This document shows, piece by piece, positions 19,187 to 28,942 of a DNA stretch of 64,000 bases; positions within the stretch are counted from its first letter, which is position 1; every line of letters begins with the position of its first letter. Origin of the DNA: a virus (lineage: Duplodnaviria; Caudoviricetes); the IMG/VR virus record IMGVR_UViG_3300021431_000093, positions 1 through 64,000 of that record; one strand, written 5' to 3'. The notes beneath the pieces were generated by a model. The model was not told the origin of the DNA. It saw only the letters and a list, made by a program, of their open reading frames with translations, and ran no database searches. The translations under genes were made by a program, and so were the position numbers.

Positions 19187-19930
19187 AAAAGATAAATCTG
19201 ACCTTTCCTTTAATTTATCTACAGATTTTACTTCAGGTACATATCCTTCAGAACTTTGAACTAACCAAGCCTGCTGTAAATACTCTTCCATTTTAGGTCC
19301 AAATAAAGTTGATGGTCTTAAATAGATATTACTTAATTGTCCTGTTGAAAATCTTGTAGGATGTTCTCCCCACTCTTTCCATTTAAAATCAATTACATCA
19401 TAAAAGTCCTGAAGTTTTGCTCCTTCATTAAGTCTTGATTTAATAATTCTTTTTGTACCATTCGATGATGATCTAAATTTAGTGTCACATCTTTCATTAA
19501 AATACTTAATAATTAAATCAACTTTTTCCTGTAACTCTTTTTCTTTAGTATATTTATTATCTATTTTATTACTAATATTATTATCTATATTATTATGTGA
19601 ACTTTGTTTACATTCATTATCATTTTCATGTAAACTTTGTTCACTATTGAAGTTAATTTTGTTTACATTAATATAATATGCATTGTTAGGTTTACCTTCA
19701 ATTTTAATTATTAACCCATCTTCCTGCAATTGTTTTAATGCTTTAATTACTCCTTGTCTTGTACTATTTGTCCAATGTTCAAAATAACTTAAACTACCGT
19801 GAAATGTACTTTCTCCATCCTGACAAAATCCATAAATAATCGCATAAATTAATAATTGATTACCTTTTAATCCTAATTTACTTAACATCCATCCTTGAAT
19901 ATTAATATAATTTTCATTTTTAATCACCAA
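19184..19930 (-). CDS. replication initiator (N-terminal HTH, conserved phage C-terminal domain)
   Basis: NYINIQGWM...LLIYAIIYGF HTH region; YLRPSTLFG C-terminal motif; upstream of the loader gene. Confidence 0.85.
   Translation of the reverse strand: MVIKNENYINIQGWMLSKLGLKGNQLLIYAIIYGFCQDGESTFHGSLSYFEHWTNSTRQGVIKALKQLQEDGLIIKIEGKPNNAYYINVNKINFNSEQSLHENDNECKQSSHNNIDNNISNKIDNKYTKEKELQEKVDLIIKYFNERCDTKFRSSSNGTKRIIKSRLNEGAKLQDFYDVIDFKWKEWGEHPTRFSTGQLSNIYLRPSTLFGPKMEEYLQQAWLVQSSEGYVPEVKSVDKLKERSDLSF
19550..19668. repeat. iterons plus AT-rich repeats, putative replication origin
   Basis: Three 13-mers AACTTTGTTTACA, AACTTTGTTCACT and AATTTTGTTTACA (19600, 19633, 19655) beside 12-bp-period TTATTATCTAT-like repeats, inside the initiator gene. 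Confidence 0.65.
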
Positions 19931-20687
19931 ATAAACCCTCCTTTTTCAGTTTAAATAATAGTGATTTTAATTTCATCTTAATTGACCTAGTTGATAATTT
20001 TTGAATTGTTCTTACAGTCTTCTTGAAAATATTTTCATCTAAATTGTAATATTCATGATAATATTCAAAATAATTATCATCTAAATCCCTTAATGATTTT
20101 ATAACTTTCTTTTCATCATATCCTGAATAATTATTATAACAAATAACATCTAAAAGTAAACCAGATAATGTTTCACCTTTTTCAAAATATTCTGAAATAA
20201 AAATACGAATATTATCTATTTCACTTGATTCCATATCAAATAATAAACCATCAGTAGCATCATTAAATTCTTCATGTACACCATCAAGACTGAGAACATT
20301 AAAATTTGAACGTCTCCTATATGCATTGAGTCTTGATAGCATTATACCTCTTTGACGCTTAAGTACTATATGAAATGCTTTATCGGGTGCAGCTGGATCA
20401 CCATACAAAGAGCTTTCAGGATTTTCCCAAACCCTTTTATTCAAAACATATCTTAATGTATCTATTAAACAATCATAACACTCTTCAAATGTAACGTGCC
20501 TATTACATTGAACATATACTCTTCCTGCATAGCCCCATGTTCTACATACTATACCAGCAAAAAAGTTTTCTGAAATAGGTTCATTTTCATTCTTAATATA
20601 TTCAAAGAAAAGTTCATTAATGTTATAATCTTTTCAATTAATTACTTCTGCTTTTTTACGATACTCATTATAAATCTGTTCTAACAT
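19920..20687 (-). CDS. putative phage sigma-factor-like protein (255 aa, TGA=Trp)
   Basis: Start 20687 with TGA at codon 18; ECYDCLIDTL...AFHIVLKRQR...RRRSNFNVLSLD resembles sigma70 region 2. Confidence 0.5.
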
Positions 20688-21245
20688 TTAAAATACCAAT
20701 ATGCTCTTTCTATTAAACTGTGTAACAGGATCTTCACCTACATAATACTTAAGTACATGTTCTTTCATCTCTTCAGGTGACTTTTCAATGCACTCACCTA
20801 CAACTTTACCAAATAATTCCATATTTTTAAGTTGCTCTTCATAATTAAGATACACCCTACCGAGTACCATTAACTGTTCAAGAACTTCACTTATAATCAT
20901 ACCTGTATGGAATTGATTATTAAAGATATTATTTCCTTTAAAGAACATATCACTATAACACCAGATTGATACAACTTCCTTTTCCTTAAGAATATCAGCA
21001 AATGAATCATCTACTATATATCCACCAACTCTAGGATTAAGAAGACCTCCAGGAGTGCCATGTCCAAGAAGGATGATTTTATTATGTTTTTTAATCATTT
21101 CCATAGCATAATCTTTACACCAATAAGGATGAGATTTTAATTCTTCTATAGTAAAATTGACTACATCATATCCTTTCCCATCATAAATAAGTTTAAGGAA
21201 ATCTGTACTTCTATCATTAGGGTGAATAACTAATACATTTGACAT
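20688..21245 (-). CDS. conserved phage protein with a possible clan CD (caspase/CHAT-like) His-Cys dyad
   Basis: ILLGHG and VSIWCYS motifs. Confidence 0.55.
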   Translation of the reverse strand: MSNVLVIHPNDRSTDFLKLIYDGKGYDVVNFTIEELKSHPYWCKDYAMEMIKKHNKIILLGHGTPGGLLNPRVGGYIVDDSFADILKEKEVVSIWCYSDMFFKGNNIFNNQFHTGMIISEVLEQLMVLGRVYLNYEEQLKNMELFGKVVGECIEKSPEEMKEHVLKYYVGEDPVTQFNRKSILVF

Positions 21246-21478
21246 TAGCAAAAATCCTCCTCGAATTTATCTTCAAGATACTGTTGAAGTTGTTCTTCTT
21301 CATTTTTCTCAATATAATAATCAATAAACTGCTGTTCAAATTGATGCTGTAAATCTACGGGCGTTTCAGAATCAGGATATATCCAATAATTATTATTACG
21401 ATATTCATACATTTCTACATAATTACCATCGCTTTCGATTTCCTTACTCACAAATCTTGCATTATTTCTATATGGCAT
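21245..21478 (-). CDS. small early protein, paralog of 21536-21787
   Basis: YEYRNNNY...LQHQFEQQFID; GGAGG SD. Confidence 0.7.
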   Translation of the reverse strand: MPYRNNARFVSKEIESDGNYVEMYEYRNNNYWIYPDSETPVDLQHQFEQQFIDYYIEKNEEEQLQQYLEDKFEEDFC

Positions 21479-21500
21479 ATCTTTACCTCCTTGTGATACT

Positions 21501-21532
21501 ATTATAATAAAAATAAAATTGGGTGTAAACTA
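21501..21532 (-). promoter_or_regulatory. early promoter
   Basis: TAG-TTTACA-N17-TATAAT. Confidence 0.8.
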
Positions 21533-21535
21533 ATT

Positions 21536-21787
21536 TTACAACCCAATTGATTTAAAAAATGTATCTAATCCAACTTCTGCTGATTCTTTTTCAGATTTAT
21601 TTTCATTAGCAATTAATCTATCTATTGCTCTTTGAGCATCTTCATGCTGAACTTTTGGTGAACTTACTGAATAAGAATTGTCATTTGGATATTCAACTTC
21701 GTATTTATGACCTTTATAAGAGTATTCTACGAAATTTGAATACTTATTATAAAATTTATTTCCTGTAGGTACTGCACTATTCTTCAC
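21536..21787 (-). CDS. small early protein
   Basis: GTG start with GAGGA SD; YSYKGHKY...VQHEDAQRAID. Confidence 0.65.
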   Translation of the reverse strand: MKNSAVPTGNKFYNKYSNFVEYSYKGHKYEVEYPNDNSYSVSSPKVQHEDAQRAIDRLIANENKSEKESAEVGLDTFFKSIGL

Positions 21788-21974
21788 AGCTGTAGTCCTC
21801 GTATCTGATTTCTGCAATCATTGTGATTGTGCATGGTTCTACATTTTTGTAGTAATCGTCTGAGTAAGCAGCCATGATTTCTTTCTTTGCTTCTCTGTAG
21901 TTCTTGGCATTCCAGTATTCAGTTGCATGATACATACCGTTTTTGTAATAAATTTCGTAGATAAACCTCTTCAT
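21777..21974 (-). CDS. small early protein
   Basis: 65-aa ORF, GAGGT SD, own promoter. Confidence 0.7.
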   Translation of the reverse strand: MKRFIYEIYYKNGMYHATEYWNAKNYREAKKEIMAAYSDDYYKNVEPCTITMIAEIRYEDYSCEE

Positions 21975-21998
21975 ATTTCTTACCTCTTTTCTGACTTT

Positions 21999-22030
21999 AT
22001 TATACTAAAATATAGTGTCTATGTAAACTA
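21999..22030 (-). promoter_or_regulatory. early promoter
   Basis: TAG-TTTACA-N17-TATAAT. Confidence 0.8.
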
Positions 22031-22033
22031 AAT

Positions 22034-22723
22034 TTACCAAATACGATCTGTACGATATTCGTACACTTTATCAAGAGTCCATTTATAATTAGGATAATCT
22101 TTATTTACTCTTCTTTCAGCATTATCTACTGATATAGCTCTATAAGTAGCATGCTGACCGATTTCATTAACGAATCTATAACCACTATAGTGTTCACCTC
22201 TGACACCTGAATTCTTTAATCTACCTTCACGGATAATGACGGAGATAGTTGAATTACCATACTTGCTGTCACTTCTTGTGAAAGAACCTTTAACTGTTTC
22301 ACAGTCAGAGTAGTGCATTTTATACTGTTTATAAGGCATTTCCCAAATGAAATCTCCATCCTTAAGAGAAGCGATCTGATCTTTAGCAATCTCTTCCTGC
22401 TTTTCTTCCCAAGTAGGTTCCCTATGAACAATTTCCTGAAGTTTAACTCTTGTGAGAAGAATCTGATGCTCACCTTTATAGTCATTTTCACCCTTAATGG
22501 ATGCTGTAATCTTGAGTGTAGAACCCTTTGTAGGATACACTGGTTTAAGTGATCCATCTTCCTGCTCTACATCAATGAAAAGAAGATTTGTAGTCTTCCA
22601 TACATATACCTTACTTGACTTATCAAGGAACTTATAGATATAAACAGTATTTCCGTAATATCCATAGTTTGAATAGAAACTATACTCGTTAATGAATTTT
22701 ACTTCTCCAGTGAACTTTTCCAT
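22034..22723 (-). CDS. early protein with a probable N-terminal OB fold
   Basis: YKFLD...VYVWKT...LKITASIK...YKGEHQILLTRVK. Confidence 0.65.
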   Translation of the reverse strand: MEKFTGEVKFINEYSFYSNYGYYGNTVYIYKFLDKSSKVYVWKTTNLLFIDVEQEDGSLKPVYPTKGSTLKITASIKGENDYKGEHQILLTRVKLQEIVHREPTWEEKQEEIAKDQIASLKDGDFIWEMPYKQYKMHYSDCETVKGSFTRSDSKYGNSTISVIIREGRLKNSGVRGEHYSGYRFVNEIGQHATYRAISVDNAERRVNKDYPNYKWTLDKVYEYRTDRIW

Positions 22724-22748
22724 CTTACTTACCTCTATTTACATTATC

Positions 22749-22780
22749 ATTATATCAAATAATGTATTGTATGTAAACTA
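22749..22780 (-). promoter_or_regulatory. early promoter
   Basis: TAG-TTTACA-N17-TATAAT. Confidence 0.8.
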
Positions 22781-22790
22781 AATTTACATC

Positions 22791-22816
22791 AAAAAAGACT
22801 TCATTTCTGAAGTCTT
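22791..22816 (-). terminator. terminator after the SNF2 helicase gene
   Basis: AAGACTTCA-tttc-TGAAGTCTT hairpin with T-run on the minus strand. Confidence 0.75.
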
Positions 22817-22895
22817 CCTGTTCATTCTGATATAGATTTTATTTTGATTAATAAATACTTTACATATCAATTAATTTATTGCCTGATTAATCCTG

Positions 22896-24560
22896 TTAGA
22901 TTCCAAGTAATTCCTTAAGTTCATCTAGGTCATTTACTTTACCATCTATCATATAATCTGATACGTTTTTCTTCTTATTTAATAGGTTCCACACTCTTTC
23001 ATCTATTGTACCGGTACATATTAGGTCATAGATTATTACAGGTTTTGGAGTACCTACTCTTCAACACCTATCGCATGTCTGTTCAAATTCAGCATAAGTC
23101 CATGCTGTATCAATATGTATCTCATAACTTGCAGCTGTAAGAGTTACACCTGTACCCATTTTTTGAACGGTACCTAAAAATACTTTATATTCAGGATCAG
23201 ATTGGAACTTATCTATATTATCTGATACTTCCTTATCTTCTAAATCTCCTGTACCTAATAAAGGTTTATATTGCTTTAATCTTTCTTGAAGTATGTATAA
23301 AGGTTCCTTAAAATATGAGAATATAACTACCTTTTCACCATTACTTATGATCTCTTCAACTAAATCAATAGCTCTTTCCAACTTTGTTGGTACAATATTT
23401 GATGTACTTAATACTGAAGGAGATGAAGTAGCTTGTCTTAATCTAGTTATAAGTCCTAAAAGATTTGTAGCATTTATCTTGACTTTATCTACTTCATCAA
23501 GGATACCGTTCATTATATTCTCATAGAATTTTTGTTGAGTAGTATCCATATCAATATATTCAGGTATAATAGTTTTTGGAGGTAGATTTAAAATAGATTT
23601 ATCCCTACGCAATGAGCAAGATTCTATTTCATCCTTAAGAATATTAATATTTTTATATCCGACTATTTGATTGTGACCAAACTTCTGTTCAAATACACAA
23701 TAATAATTCTTAAAGTTTGTTCAAGTTGAATTTTCTTTACCTATAAATTTCAATGGTACAAAAGCATCCAAAGGTGAATTCATAAGTAAAGTACCAGTCA
23801 TACCAACATGACGTTTACCAACTTGAGTCAATTTTAAAAGATTTTTACCTTGTTGTGATGATGGTGTCTTACTCTTATGTACTTCATCAAATAATATCAG
23901 ATCGAAATTATTTTTACTGTTCCTTATTGCATCAACTATTAAATTATCCCTTAGTGATTCTATATTTAATATTACAAAGTATTCATCTATTTTATTGTAT
24001 AATTGCTCTGCTCTATCTTTTATTGATGTATAAGATACTTTACCTTTTGAGTTAATCTTTTCACCTACAATAATACATTGTTCAGATGAGTGTCTTTGTA
24101 TTTCTTTCTTTCAGTTGTTTTTTAATGAATTAATACCACAGATAATTAAACAATGTTCATAATTTTCCTGTGATTTTAATTCTTCAGCTAGATATATTGT
24201 TTCAAGCGTTTTGCCTAATCCAGGAGGATTTAATAAAAGACAATTTGGATTATTTAATAATCATTTTATATCTTCATACTGATAATCAAATGGAGTTGTT
24301 TTATATTTGAGCGTAAGTTCATAACTTTGTTCTTGACTATCTTCCATAAATCCTAGTCTCATATTGTCAATATAAGTAAGATTATCAATCAAAAAAGCCA
24401 GCTGATTAGCTGGTACTTCCCAAAATTTTTGGGTTTTATGTCAGATAGCTCCATCTGATTGTTTTAATACATTTATAATATCCTGATTATATTCAAAATT
24501 TATTCTTAAAGATGTTTCACCTGGACATTTAAATGATTTTATTTCAGTTATATAAATCAC
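22896..24560 (-). CDS. SNF2/Rad54-family helicase (554 aa, TGA=Trp)
   Basis: GTG start; PPGLGKT, FDEVHK, MTGT, LRQ, MGTGVTL and QTCDRC[W]RVG; five in-frame TGA. Confidence 0.9.
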
Positions 24561-24889
24561 TAGAATAACTCTGTTTCATCAAGTTTTATTTTCTTAGGTT
24601 TATTTATTGGTGTACTATAATCTTCATCAAAATTTTCACCATTATCAACTTCTACATTAAATGTAAGATTAGCACGAATCTTTAATTTTGATAAACATGA
24701 TTCACAAATAAATTCTTCTTCATAATTAGGATCATCTCCTAAATAAAATTCAATTTCACCTGAAGCATTTCTTGTAATATCACGCTGTTTGCCAAAGAAA
24801 CTATCAGGCATAAATATCTCTGATGGTAAATAATTTTGTCCGCATACAGGACAACGTACCACTGTTAAATCTTTCATAATAAAAACCAC
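24560..24889 (-). CDS. Zn-ribbon protein
   Basis: CPVC...CESC; C-terminus DETELF. Confidence 0.7.
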   Translation of the reverse strand: MVFIMKDLTVVRCPVCGQNYLPSEIFMPDSFFGKQRDITRNASGEIEFYLGDDPNYEEEFICESCLSKLKIRANLTFNVEVDNGENFDEDYSTPINKPKKIKLDETELF

Positions 24890-24907
24890 TCCTATCTATC
24901 TGAATAT

Positions 24908-24939
24908 ATTATACTATATGTATTATTAAAATTAAACTA
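24908..24939 (-). promoter_or_regulatory. early promoter (variant -35)
   Basis: TAG-TTTAAT-N17-TATAAT. Confidence 0.65.
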
Positions 24940-24943
24940 AAAT

Positions 24944-24968
24944 AAAAAAAAAGAGGATTGCTCCTCTT
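24944..24968 (-). terminator. terminator at the end of the tail operon
   Basis: AAGAGGA-ttgc-TCCTCTT hairpin with long T-run on the minus strand. Confidence 0.75.
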
Positions 24969-26769
24969 AAATTTCGTGGTGTCAAGGTCAGTACTCATTT
25001 GTATTGACATCTTTTGTAACTGTATCATCTTTTGTTCAAATATCAATAACTGTTTTTCACAATCCATCGATTTTAACAAAACATTTATTTACTTTCTTTC
25101 AGCTATTACCAATTCTGATATATTTACCTGTTTTTGCTCATATACCATAATATCTTTCAGTAATACCTCAATCACTTAATGTCTTATAATTTTTAATTTT
25201 AATATCGATAGGTAATTCTATCTTTATTTCATGACCTTGTGAATCGACAATCCTCTCAGGTGGTACAGTATATGTTCCATGATATCCTTTATTAACCATA
25301 CTTGAATTATCTCAACCATCTGGCATTGTATCTAACCATCCTAGGAATACATAATCTCCACTTCTTAATTTTGATGGAGCATATTTAAGGAATGCTTTAT
25401 CACCTTGTGAATCTAATGTAGATGTATCAATATTATATGTATGAGTATCTGTTTGAATTGTACCATCATCAGTTAAATAGTATTTACATTCAACTGTATT
25501 TACATTATAATCTCATTGAGCATATAGTGTAACATTATTATTAGTATATTCAGTATTAATAGCATCATAGAAATTGTCTCCTATAATAGTATTATTCATT
25601 ATAGGCGTAATTGCTCTACTTTGATCTGATCATCCTACAAATTTATACCCTAATCTAGTTGGTATTCATAATGGAGTTTTTTGTGTATTTATCTCATATG
25701 TTTTATCTATTGTATAATCAGTTACTTTACCTAATTCAGGATCTAATTGACCGCCATTAAGATTAAATCTTATTTGATAATTTTGTTTTTCAGATACTGG
25801 GTGTATAGTTAGGTCAGACGAAACTATTGTTTGAGCATCTACAACAGAATTATTTTGATCATATCATGTATTTGTTTTAACATAACCTTTTTTATATACT
25901 GTTGGTAATGAATCTACTGTTTTATATACAATGTCACCATAATCTATGCGATATTGCTCCGTTAATGAAGTATTAGAATTTATTGTAAAAGTATCATTTG
26001 GTTGTTTACCACTTCAAGATAAAAATATATACTTTCTTGTTTGACTTGTAGATTTATCGCGTTTATCTTGAGATGGTTTTCATCCTTGCATATCAAAATA
26101 TATATACCTTGGTATATCAGTTGATGATAATGATCTATTATATGCACTTCGAACTTCTACTGATGATCCTTGTGTATATGTAGATGAAGATATTAAATCT
26201 CCACCAAAATCATCATTTTGATAATAAGAAAGCGTGTAAGAGTACTTTTTTGTACCCTTCACGCTTATACTTATAGTTATAGGCGTTAAATTAAGTGAAA
26301 ATGTTTCAGGTGTAATTGGAACTTTATATGTACCTGTTATACTTGCATATAATGAAGCTTCAAATGTTTTTGTACTTTGAGTATATGTATCTGCTACAGA
26401 TCCTGTACTTGAAGATCATGTTATTACATTTGTATAGTTTTGTAATGGTGGGTTAAAACTACTGGTTGATGATGTAAATCTAAATTGTGATCAGTTTTTT
26501 GATGAATCAGTACCTCCAGCAGTATTGACTTTATATGACATATCTGATGATGTAGTTAAAGGTGCAGTTTGGTACAAATATAATCTAGCAGGTCCAATTG
26601 TAACATTTCCAGCTGCTGTTGCAATAGCAGTAACTTCAATATATGATTTAATACTTACAGTCGTTCCAGATTTTAACGTAGTTGATAATGTTATAGTACT
26701 TGATTTAAATGTTGAACTGCTCCCATTAGGACTTATTGAACCAGAAATATTATAAGATGATGTTGGCAT
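24967..26769 (-). CDS. tail fibre / receptor-binding protein with InlB B-like repeats (600 aa, TGA=Trp)
   Basis: Read-through joins 26491-26769 and 26080-26262; PTRLGYKFVG[W], VTLYAQ[W]; C-terminal IGNS[W]KKV...KIDGL[W]K motif. Confidence 0.75.
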
Positions 26770-26779
26770 ACTTTACTCC

Positions 26780-27658
26780 TTAATTAGTATACTTGAATCA
26801 AAAATCACCATTCTTACCTACATTAGATTGAGGATCACCTTCACTAGCATAAAAAGCAACACCACCATTTGTATCACCACTCATTAAATTACCATCAGTA
26901 ATTAATGCAGCTTGCGTATATTTATAAGAAACATTATTAGATGATCCACTTGTTTGTGCTAAACCAGATGATGACGTTAATCCAACTATTTCACCTTGTT
27001 GATTTACATAAACAGGTTTTATTGCACTACCTTTACCACCAGTAAAACTTACCAATGTTTTATTAAATTCATCAGTAAGAGCTATTTTATTATTTGCTAA
27101 TTCATCACTATCGATACCTTGTCCAGCAGTTAAATCATCCTGTTTACCATCTAATAAACTTGATAAATTTTTAGTTGGATCACCTTTAAAGTAAATTGAA
27201 TTACTTGATAATCTAACCTGATTAACTAATGAACCGCCTTGAGATACCTGTAAAGTGTAATATTTATAATCCTCAGTATCAGTTACAGTAAATGGTGAAG
27301 TACTTTGTGCTAAACCTGTAAAATCATTATTAACATCAATCTGTGTATCAGTTGTTGATGTAGTATCGAAATTTACAATAGCATTAGCACCTTGTTCAAC
27401 TTTAATCGCTACATATAATGTAGGGAAATTTGATAAACTAAAACCTTTAATTTCAAAATAATATCCATGAAGAACAATTTGTAATGGTTTATTATTTTCT
27501 AAATTACTTAATGTAGATAATACATAACAATCTTTATCAACAACTGAATTAATAATATTTACAAAATTTTCTTCACTTGTATATTTACCTTTTGTTGCTT
27601 GTGCTCTGTATGCTGAAGGAAACATTTCAACATCAGATGTTTTGAAAAAATTACTCAT
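26780..27658 (-). CDS. tail fibre / baseplate-associated protein (TGA=Trp)
   Basis: KQDDLTAGQGI, GSAIKPVYV and C-terminal GKNGDF[W]FKY motifs. Confidence 0.75.
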
Positions 27659-27670
27659 TTATATATCTCC

Positions 27671-28228
27671 CTACAAAGAACGATCAATCTCTCATTTGTA
27701 ACTTACGTACAATGTTCATTCAATCTTAATATTAGTATCACCTTGAGGTGTTAAACCTTCACCAGGTAATTCAACTGTAGCATAAACTTTTCTTGAATTA
27801 TCTTTACTTAATAATTGGAAACCATTTATAGTTGAACCTGATACTATAGCGCTTGGAATAAGGAAGGTGATTTCAGCAGTACAGAAACCACCATCATTTC
27901 CATCAGCATCTTTATGTGATTCTGAATCTCAATATGATGCAGATGCTCCAAGTTTTGAACTAACATAAGGTGAACCATTACCAATAGGAATAGGTTTACC
28001 ATCAGTACCCTTTGTAAATGGAACAACTATACCAGGTCTTCTAGCAATTACATAATCACCAGTTAATGCTTGAGCAATATATTCACATAAATCAATAGTA
28101 CCTGTATTATGAGTAACAATTTGTCCGGCTTTTTTACCACCTTTAATCAATGTAATTTTTACATTACCTTGAGTAACAGTATTATTTTTTATTTCTGTTT
28201 TTACTTCTCTTTCTTTTTTCTTACCCAT
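27671..28228 (-). CDS. baseplate/tail protein (TGA=Trp)
   Basis: 185 aa after read-through; HNTGT N-terminal and IKIE[W]TL C-terminal pattern. Confidence 0.7.
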
Positions 28229-28231
28229 AAA

Positions 28232-28942
28232 TTAATCCTCCGGAATATCTGGTTCACTATTATAGATATAAGTTTCGATAAACTGATTAGGAACTATATT
28301 ACCTTGTTCATCATTACCAGTGATACTTATCTTTTGAGATGTTGCCTTATTTGTACCTACAAACATTCTATCATTATTTGGATAATCTTCATATGCAATT
28401 ACAACATCTCCACCCTCATTAACCTTACCTTCATTATAGTAAATATCTGTATATACAATATCACGTAAATTGTATGATTTGTATTTAATAATGTTATAAG
28501 TAAGACCTGAAGGTAATAAATATTTTACCAAATCTTCAATAATACCTAATGTAAATAAATCTTCAGGAACTCTTATTGTTACATTATAGTTTGACATTGT
28601 AACAACTTCATCCAATGATTCACCTACAATATTTTCAATTCTCATTAAAATATCTACACAATATTCAAGTGCCTTAACAGTACCCTTATTTCTCATTAAA
28701 TATTTAAAACAAGTTGTTACTGCTTCCAGATCATCCAAGTCTCATGAATGATCTGGTTCAAAATTTAATGTTTTAGCACGTAACATTGTCAATCTGTTAT
28801 CTATATTAGTATCCCAAATTGACATATTATCTATGTAAGTTTTTACATAGTTGAATAATGCTGTATAAAGTCTAGCAATTACTTGATAATCTCTTGACTG
28901 TGAACTATACTCTCATGGAGTTTGTTTTACTATATCAATCAT
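28232..28942 (-). CDS. baseplate protein, P2 gpI-like (TGA=Trp)
   Basis: Start 28942 overlaps the upstream TAA; RNKGTVKALE and YLLPSG motifs. Confidence 0.7.

Noticed and set aside
22216-22557. Alternative-frame minus ORFs (also 6325-6543, 27844-28026, 33801-34061)
   Set aside because: They lie within better-supported genes in another frame.
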